Below are positions 57,557-64,000 of a stretch of DNA of 64,000 bases, one piece after another; the first letter of the stretch is position 1; each line of letters opens with the position of its first letter. Origin of the DNA: TPA_inf: Saccharomyces (taxonomy: Eukaryota); NCBI GenBank assembly GCA_000146045.2, contig BK006949.2, forward strand, positions 288,001 to 352,000. Direction: 5' to 3'. Under the pieces are notes generated by a model. The model made no database searches, was not told where the DNA came from, and saw nothing but the letters and a program-made list of their open reading frames with translations. The position numbers and the translations under genes were made by a program.

Positions 57557-59476
57557 TTATTCTTTAAAACCGTTAATCCATGCGTAAAATACGAACCTTT
57601 CAAATAAGTCCAAGTTTGGATCTAACTGGCGTCCAATACCCTCTAGAAGTAAAATAGCGACCACCACGGAAACAAAGTCGGACTCCATTCTAACATGGTG
57701 CGACCTTACCATACTAAGCATTTGATCGAGTAAATCGCCAATTGAGACGGTTCCCAATGTAAATGTTCTTTGTTTAACTTTATCCACTAGCTTTTCTACC
57801 TTAAACGCAAATACTTCCTTATCAATAGCTGTTTCTGGAGTTCTTGATCTCTCAATCATCAACTCACCAGCTCTATAACCATCAAATCGGGCCAATGCGT
57901 TGAATAGAGCTATGAAATTAATTCTGTTTTTTTCATTCAATTCTGTAATTATTCCTGTATCGATAAAACAAATTTGGGGAGTGTAATTAGTTAATACAGA
58001 CTTCAGTTTTCCAACAAAGTCCTGATCTTGGTCCTCCTCTATCTTCTTCCTCAGGTCGTGCGTTATTCTGTACGATTCAAGTTCGGAGGATATAATGTTT
58101 GTGCCGTATTTGTTCGTCTTCACAAATCTGATTATAACATTGCCTGGATGCAAATCAGCATGAACAAAATCATCAAGAATTAGCATTTGTAGAAACGCGT
58201 CAACGAAGGGATCACTGACTTTTTTACAAAGTTCAACGTCGTTAATTTGCTTCTTCGTAGATAAAAACTTTTCCATGGAAAGACCATATACATGCTCTTC
58301 GAACATAACATCCCTATTTGACAAGGGGAGAAATGGTTTAGGAAATTTCACCTGAATAGAATTTTTAAAGTTCTCATTGAATCTTTCCAGGTTTAACGCC
58401 TCAATTCTTAGATCCAACTGAATATTCATTAATATGGAAAACTGATCGACTTCGCTGGGTAAAGACAGCCATTCCATAGTCGGAATCCAATTTATTGCGT
58501 CAGCACAGAATTTCATTATTTTCAAATCTCTCCGGATCTGAGATCTTACATTTGGATGCAAGATCTTGATGGCACACCAACGATTTCCATCCTTACCAAT
58601 TTGTATATTGTCATATTTATCGATGTACTTTTGGGATAGTTCACCCACGTAAACTTGTGCGATGGACCCAACTCCAATTGGTGTTCGATTAAATTCATCA
58701 AAAGCATCTTCGATCTTGTCAACCTTTAATGCTTGAGAAAGTTTTTCCAGAGTAAAGCTTAGAGAGTGAGCTGTAACGTTACTATGCAATTTACCCAACT
58801 CATGACACAGTGCGTGAGAGAATATATCGGTTCTCGATCCTGCCCATTGTCCGAGTTTAATGAAACTCGGGCCAGCCAATTCCAATGCTTTACGCAGTAG
58901 TTGACACCAAATCAATGAACCTCGAGTTTCAGTTATATTGGTGTCCGTAATTTTGAGTTTATGACCAAACCATGATATGGGGTATAATAGGAGAAGAGGT
59001 AAAAAAATAGCTGAAATTTCTAAAAACCTTAAAATCGTGCATACAGGCTCAACAATATTATCATTAAAACCGAACCAAAAGATTCTTAGATATCTTATTA
59101 ATTTATTTCGTGATTCAGTGATCTTAGCAGACCTGAAAGATTTAAGCTTTTCCTGCAATTCGTTTTCTGAGGAAACGTAGAGGCCCATTTCAAAAGTATC
59201 ACCTTTGGGATCCGGTTTTAGAGAATCATTGTATATCAAACAATTTTGTTTTGGAAACGAATTTTGTGTCAAATAAAAAGCAATTGACGTAGGTATTATG
59301 AACTGTCTTATAGGTATTTTATGAAAATGCCGTGTGGACTTGCTATAGTATCGCCAAGAGTTTCTATAAGCGAACTTTAAAAATGACATTGCCCAGATGG
59401 TTCTGATGTTCTTTATCTCTATTCTGTGAGGGTTTGATATTGATGAGTAGGTAGAAGATATGGTATAAGGTATTTT
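57557..59476 (-). CDS. UbiB/ABC1 (ADCK-type) atypical kinase family protein, mitochondrial. Main 3' exon of YPL109C
   Basis: ABC1/UbiB kinase-like domain (ELAGPSFIKLGQWAGSRTDIF..., AIKILHPNV, HADLHPGNVII). The reading frame stays open upstream of the ATG at 59389 for 29 codons, up to an in-frame TAG at 59477-59479. The last two bases of that TAG form a plausible 3' splice site (TTATAG|). The exon 2 boundary is tentative. Confidence 0.75.
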   Translation of the reverse strand, partial: KIPYTISSTYSSISNPHRIEIKNIRTIWAMSFLKFAYRNSWRYYSKSTRHFHKIPIRQFIIPTSIAFYLTQNSFPKQNCLIYNDSLKPDPKGDTFEMGLYVSSENELQEKLKSFRSAKITESRNKLIRYLRIFWFGFNDNIVEPVCTILRFLEISAIFLPLLLLYPISWFGHKLKITDTNITETRGSLIWCQLLRKALELAGPSFIKLGQWAGSRTDIFSHALCHELGKLHSNVTAHSLSFTLEKLSQALKVDKIEDAFDEFNRTPIGVGSIAQVYVGELSQKYIDKYDNIQIGKDGNRWCAIKILHPNVRSQIRRDLKIMKFCADAINWIPTMEWLSLPSEVDQFSILMNIQLDLRIEALNLERFNENFKNSIQVKFPKPFLPLSNRDVMFEEHVYGLSMEKFLSTKKQINDVELCKKVSDPFVDAFLQMLILDDFVHADLHPGNVIIRFVKTNKYGTNIISSELESYRITHDLRKKIEEDQDQDFVGKLKSVLTNYTPQICFIDTGIITELNEKNRINFIALFNALARFDGYRAGELMIERSRTPETAIDKEVFAFKVEKLVDKVKQRTFTLGTVSIGDLLDQMLSMVRSHHVRMESDFVSVVVAILLLEGIGRQLDPNLDLFERFVFYAWINGFKE

Positions 59477-59961
59477 CTATAACATCAAACATCTTTTCTT
59501 TTTCATCAAATGAGTGAAAAGGTATTATTGCCCCTCATATATTCGGGGTTATTTATTTTTCGTTGCTTGAAGTAAAGCCTTTAATACACACTTAGTATTT
59601 AAACACTTAAGATTTACGAATCACAGATTCTAAATTTGTATTTAATAAATTGATTCTAAGTACAGGAAGTATCAAGGGGGGGGGTTGACAGATAGAATCA
59701 CACCTTGATTAATTTAGTTCCTGATGAACAAGCCAACTTGACCAATCAAACCCTTTCGCGGCACTTTTTCTCTTAGCTCTGCTTGATACATCGACTGGGA
59801 ACTTCTTCTCTTTGAGCCAACTAACCTCAATCCCTTAAAGATTTTGTAAACCGCAGAAACACCTGGTTGTTTTCGCTTGTTGGCAAAGGTTAATAACACA
59901 GTAACTTTCAATCTTGTTCCGAAGTGCAGAGTGCAGTTCCCTGTGTGTTCAAGTGACATAC
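59477..59961 (-). other. Tentative YPL109C intron (about 485 nt)
   Basis: The 5' splice site is GTATGT at 59961. The only branch-like element near the 3' end is TACTAAG at 59597-59591, which is non-consensus. TATTAAC is present at about 59892. The first in-frame-compatible AG downstream is TTATAG at 59482-59477. The region contains a G9 run and an 81-codon ORF that lacks any splice donor. Confidence 0.35.
59676..59684. repeat. G9 homopolymer inside the putative YPL109C intron
   Basis: caaggggggggggttgaca, with the G-run at 59676-59684, read directly in the sequence. Confidence 0.85.
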
Positions 59962-59991
59962 GGCATTTGAATACACTACACTTATCGTCAT
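59962..59991 (-). CDS. Tentative exon 1 of YPL109C (MTISVVYSNA)
   Basis: A minus-strand ATG at 59991 is followed by 10 codons and then a perfect GTATGT donor at 59961-59956. This is the only canonical donor in the upstream region. There is an in-frame TAA 4 codons upstream of the ATG. From memory, YPL109C is an intron-containing gene. The exact exon 1 is not verified. Confidence 0.4.
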
Positions 59992-60445
59992 GTCAAAACA
60001 AGTGTTATAGAAGCAGCGTTAATATAATATTAGTACCTGTACAGTTTTAAACTCAATTGAGTGCAAAGATCTGATGCATCCCATTTTAGTTTCTCATAAA
60101 TTATTGCTTTGGTTCATAGTTCAATTGTAAGCATTATTAAAACAACTGCTTCTATTTAGACAATACAAGAACGCGATCTTTCCAGTAACTGCCTAATCTG
60201 AAATTATGTTTTTCAGTTGCGCCTGTGGCCTACACAACTTGCATAATAAGCAGTTAAAAATAACTCCTAATCTTACTAATCTTGTCGAACTAGACTAGCT
60301 GTAATGATCTGTCATATATAAGTTAATATTCAACATCGACTGTAATTGTCAATTCAATCTTGACAGCAACGATTGAAGTCATCGCCTCGCCGTAATTGAA
60401 AAAAAAATGTAAGATGAATAACAGCTAAGAAAGATAATAATTTTT

Positions 60446-60952
60446 ATGAAAGAAGCATCTGATAGAGAAGAAGCACCAAAAATGGTGGAAAAAAACTATA
60501 GTACAGGTTTTAGGAAAGCCCACGGAGAGAAGGATCAATCAGTGACTAAGCCAATCTCGTTAGATGGTAGAACAGGTGAAGTAATTGTTAGAAAATCCAC
60601 CGGGAAAACTAAAATACGTAAAGGTCAAACGGAAGAAGAGTATACACAGCAATTGCAGCACTACTTCGAAGTAGAACAAGGCCCTGTGCGGACAAAGGTA
60701 GGATGGATGGATGAGGTAGATCCCTTGGTTGAGATCCGGGAAGGCAAGTACGATATCTCCAATAAGCATCAGCGACAGGTGCTTAGTGGTTTCTGCCATC
60801 GTTTATTTTACCAATGTAAGTACAAGGAGTGTCTGGATCTCAGCACCTATTTTCTGGGGCTCTTTGAACCGTTCAACGTGAAGAATAAAATGAAGAGGGA
60901 GCTTGAAGAGTTGGAATATATGATCGAGCGATGTCGTGGGCATGTATTATAA
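60446..60952 (+). CDS. Protein of unknown function (168 aa); I believe YPL108W
   Basis: Complete 168-aa ORF with a verified ATG, in good codon context. Its position between YPL109C and YPL107W matches YPL108W. Confidence 0.7.
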   Translation: MKEASDREEAPKMVEKNYSTGFRKAHGEKDQSVTKPISLDGRTGEVIVRKSTGKTKIRKGQTEEEYTQQLQHYFEVEQGPVRTKVGWMDEVDPLVEIREGKYDISNKHQRQVLSGFCHRLFYQCKYKECLDLSTYFLGLFEPFNVKNKMKRELEELEYMIERCRGHVL

Positions 60953-61118
60953 GCCCGAATCAGATACTCAAATTTGAAAAAAGATATCTTTCTCCTCCGA
61001 CATGGCCGAACTCATTTACATAAATAGCATAAATTAAACAGAATAATAATACGTAAATTACAACAGTCAGAGGGTGCATGAAACCGTCATTAGATAGAGA
61101 CGTGATCAAAAGTAGAAA

Positions 61119-61865
61119 ATGATAAGAAATCAGGGATGGTCATTACTTTACAGAATTTATCCGGTGCGGAGGTTCACAAGATACTCCAGAGTAGATATGA
61201 CTTTTGAAGGAAACACTCAAGATATCTCTACTTCTGTCGAAGAAAGAATGACCACTGTTTTTGGAGGACGCTTAAAGGGTGAACCACCAAGATCCACAAG
61301 TAGAGTGCTTAGCGGCGGAACGAAGAAAATAGCAGGTGTCCAAGTGCCTGCAAAACCACAAGAACCCGATAACTGTTGCATGTCAGGTTGCGTTAACTGT
61401 GTCTGGGAGATATATAGCGAGGATTTAAGAGACTGGAAACATAGAAGGAAAGAGGCTGCGGAAAAGATCGCAGGAACTAAGGAGAAGTGGCCTAAAGACT
61501 GGAATCCACCTTTGGGATTGTTACATATGGAAAATGTCCCTGTTGAGTTACGTGAAAAGAAGCTGGAAACCGATAGCAAAAAAGCAGAACAACCTCATGA
61601 TTTATCTGCTATCAGAAGTTTGTTCCCTAAAAGAAAAGGGCCTCTGCCCAAGAGTGTATTGGCAGCCAAGAGGAAAAATATTGCTTTGAGACACAATTAC
61701 GAACAGAAAGATGGAGGAGACCAATCAGTCAGTGAATCAGATGCTGATGAAGGCTGGGAAGATATTCCTGTCTACGTTAAAGCCTTTGCAGAGTTTGAAT
61801 CAAAGAAAAGATTACAAAAAATTCGCCGACAGGAAGAAATAAAAAAGAGGACAGCTTTGGTTTGA
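61119..61865 (+). CDS. Mitochondrial protein of unknown function (248 aa), Oxr1-like CxxC-containing; I believe YPL107W
   Basis: 248-aa ORF with an N-terminal basic presequence-like segment and a conserved CCMSGCVNCVWEIY motif. Confidence 0.72.
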   Translation: MIRNQGWSLLYRIYPVRRFTRYSRVDMTFEGNTQDISTSVEERMTTVFGGRLKGEPPRSTSRVLSGGTKKIAGVQVPAKPQEPDNCCMSGCVNCVWEIYSEDLRDWKHRRKEAAEKIAGTKEKWPKDWNPPLGLLHMENVPVELREKKLETDSKKAEQPHDLSAIRSLFPKRKGPLPKSVLAAKRKNIALRHNYEQKDGGDQSVSESDADEGWEDIPVYVKAFAEFESKKRLQKIRRQEEIKKRTALV

Positions 61866-62193
61866 AGCAAATATATATTATTGAAAAGCCTATGTACAAT
61901 ATTTGCGGTCTTCTTTGATCTTGGTAGACTTTATGGATGGAGAATAATAAACATACATATATTTCACTTAGAGGGTTTAGGAGACTAATGCGTGAATACG
62001 CGCTGGCATGTCCCCATTCATGCATACATATATTCGTAAACATACACATATTCATAAAAATTTTCAGTTATATTATATTATAATCTTTTTTTAACTATAC
62101 AGAGAAGATATTAAAAAAAATGTATCCAAAGTGAGTTAAAAAAATCGGAAAAAACAATAAAGATCCTTTTCTAGTTACTTTGCTGCATTAACA

Positions 62194-64000
62194 TTAGTCC
62201 ATGTCAACATCACCTTCAGTGTCCTTCTTTTCTTCCTTCTTTTCAGCTTCTGCCTTTCTTTGAGCAGCCAACTTTTCAGCCATAGCAGCCATTTGGGATG
62301 CTTCTTGCTTAGATCTTATAGCTTGCTTCTTTTCTTCTTCTTTAGCCAAGTATCTACCTCTAATAATGTTACCTAGAGAAGCCAATTCTTCGTATTTGGC
62401 AATGTACTTAGCTTTGATGGAATCGAAACCTTCATCGTATAACCACTCTTCGGCCTTGTTTAACATACCTTGTAACTTCGTCTTTTCAGCATCGGAAGCA
62501 AATGGAGCATACTCTTCTTCCAACTTACCACGCAATGTGTAGATGTACTCTTCAAGAGTGTTCTTACGGTCTTCTGTCTCAGCAACTAGCTTATCTTGAG
62601 CAAGCATTTCATTTTCTTTTTCAATTAATTCATTCAACTTTTTAGCGTCTAGGCCAAAGGTGTGTGCAACGATGGTTAAGTCATCCTTCTTTACAGTTTT
62701 AGTAACCTTCTTAAATTCTTGCTCAGCATCTTCTGGAGCATCTTCTGGTAATGGAATAGGTTCTTCAACTTCAATATCTTCAATAGTGTAAGCCTCTTCA
62801 ATTGTGTGTAAACCAGAGGGGTCGCATCTCAACTTTAACTTAACAGGAACAGAGTCTTGACCTTCTGGTAATTGAACACCAGTGATCTCCCAGTTAGCGA
62901 TTTGTTCTGGAGTGTTTGGTGGTAACTGTGTGATGTCAGTGTAGCTAGCAGCCATTGAAAAGTCACCCGTACGGTTCAAAGTGATCAATTTAGTAGATGG
63001 GAAGGATGAACCAGCTGGGAAAACTTCCATGTGGTCTTCGTCCTCAACTTGCTTGTCCCAAGAGTAAGAGACAGAGTAAGGATGGATATCCTCAAACTTG
63101 AATGGTCTAACTCTTAGAGTTGGAGAGTGAATGGCGCAAATAAAGGCGGCACCCTTGGCGATGGCTTCATCTTGGTTCAAAGTGGTGGACAATGGCTTGC
63201 CGAAGGCTTCAGAAATGGATTGTTTCAATGTTGGGATACGAGTAGTACCACCAATAATTTCAACAAAATCAACTTCTTCAGCAGATAATTTGGCTTGAGC
63301 TAAAGCTTTGGTAACTGGTTCAGTAACACGTTCCAACAATGGCTTGACCAATTCTTCTAATTCTTCACGAGATAATTGAGAGGAAACATCAACGTCGTTC
63401 ATGACGGATTCAACAGAGAATGGGGCATTAGTATTAGCAGACAAAACTTTCTTCAACTTTTCAGCAGCAGTTAGAATTCTGTTGTAAGCCTTTGGATTTT
63501 CTCTGATGTCAATCTTGTATTTAGTTTTGAACTCATCGGCGAAATGTTCTGTTATAGCCAAATCGAAGTCCCTACCACCAAAATGCTTGTCGCAGGCAGT
63601 TCCTAAGACTTTCAATTGACCCTTCTTGAAGGCCATGATAGAACAGGTGTAGGAAGAGTGACCAATATCAACAAAGGCAACAATTCTTGGCTTTTCTTCG
63701 CCTTCAGGCAAATCAGTCTTGAAGATACCGTAAGAAACACCGGCAGCAGTAACGTCGTTGACAATTCTAACAGGGTTCAAACCAGCAATTCTAGCAGCAT
63801 CAGCAATGTTGTAACGTTGTTCTTCGGTGTACCAAGGTGGGACAGCAATACAAACATCGGTAATATTTGCCTTTGTGTCCTGCTTGACGGTGTCCTTGAC
63901 TTTGTCGATGAACATGGCAGCTAGTTGAGTAGCTGAAAAAACATGTTTCTCACCAGCGAATCTAACTTCGGCACCAGTCTTCTTGTCATCCAATTCAACC
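62194..64000 (-). CDS. SSE1: Hsp110 nucleotide-exchange factor Sse1, C-terminal 599 codons. The N-terminus lies beyond the window end
   Basis: Hsp70-superfamily NBD remnants ([32 protein letters not shown]), the Hsp110 substrate-binding domain and an acidic C-terminus EGDVDMD. The ORF is open to the window edge. The true start MSTPFGLDLGNNNS is outside the window. Confidence 0.9.
   Translation of the reverse strand, partial: VELDDKKTGAEVRFAGEKHVFSATQLAAMFIDKVKDTVKQDTKANITDVCIAVPPWYTEEQRYNIADAARIAGLNPVRIVNDVTAAGVSYGIFKTDLPEGEEKPRIVAFVDIGHSSYTCSIMAFKKGQLKVLGTACDKHFGGRDFDLAITEHFADEFKTKYKIDIRENPKAYNRILTAAEKLKKVLSANTNAPFSVESVMNDVDVSSQLSREELEELVKPLLERVTEPVTKALAQAKLSAEEVDFVEIIGGTTRIPTLKQSISEAFGKPLSTTLNQDEAIAKGAAFICAIHSPTLRVRPFKFEDIHPYSVSYSWDKQVEDEDHMEVFPAGSSFPSTKLITLNRTGDFSMAASYTDITQLPPNTPEQIANWEITGVQLPEGQDSVPVKLKLRCDPSGLHTIEEAYTIEDIEVEEPIPLPEDAPEDAEQEFKKVTKTVKKDDLTIVAHTFGLDAKKLNELIEKENEMLAQDKLVAETEDRKNTLEEYIYTLRGKLEEEYAPFASDAEKTKLQGMLNKAEEWLYDEGFDSIKAKYIAKYEELASLGNIIRGRYLAKEEEKKQAIRSKQEASQMAAMAEKLAAQRKAEAEKKEEKKDTEGDVDMD

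Noticed and set aside
59714-59959. 81-codon minus-strand ORF upstream of the YPL109C kinase ORF, considered as a possible exon 1
   Set aside because: It has no GT donor resembling the yeast consensus anywhere in or after it, and it ends in a stop. Its ATG overlaps the GTATGT that I interpret as the real 5' splice site, so it most likely lies within the intron.

Overview
This window is a gene-dense stretch of the Saccharomyces cerevisiae nuclear genome, and the gene order matches chromosome XVI left arm from YPL140C (MKK2, 3' part outside the window) through YPL106C (SSE1, 5' part outside the window). I identified the genes by recognising the translated ORFs from memory; I could not run any database search. 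I call 32 complete and two edge-truncated protein-coding genes, one initiator tRNA-Met gene, and two spliced genes (TAF14 and YPL109C). Most intergenic regions are only 120-900 bp. This is eukaryotic DNA, so there are no operons, no CRISPR arrays and no prokaryotic defence or mobile systems. I also found no Ty elements or solo LTRs. The ORF track uses non-ATG starts (TTG/GTG) for several ORFs, so I re-anchored the true ATG starts for SPP1, COX11, CAR1, IDI1, TFB2, RNY1, DBP1 and MRP51. The regulatory motifs I report are readable directly in the sequence and fit the known biology of the adjacent genes: URS1 at CAR1 and MEI5, an MSE at SPO19, PAC plus RRPE at NAN1, tandem Rap1 sites at RPL5, an Aft1 site at ISU1, and Pho4 E-boxes at GDE1. 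I do not see evidence for a novel, undescribed system here. The least certain structural call, and the one most worth checking, is the exon 1/intron model for YPL109C.
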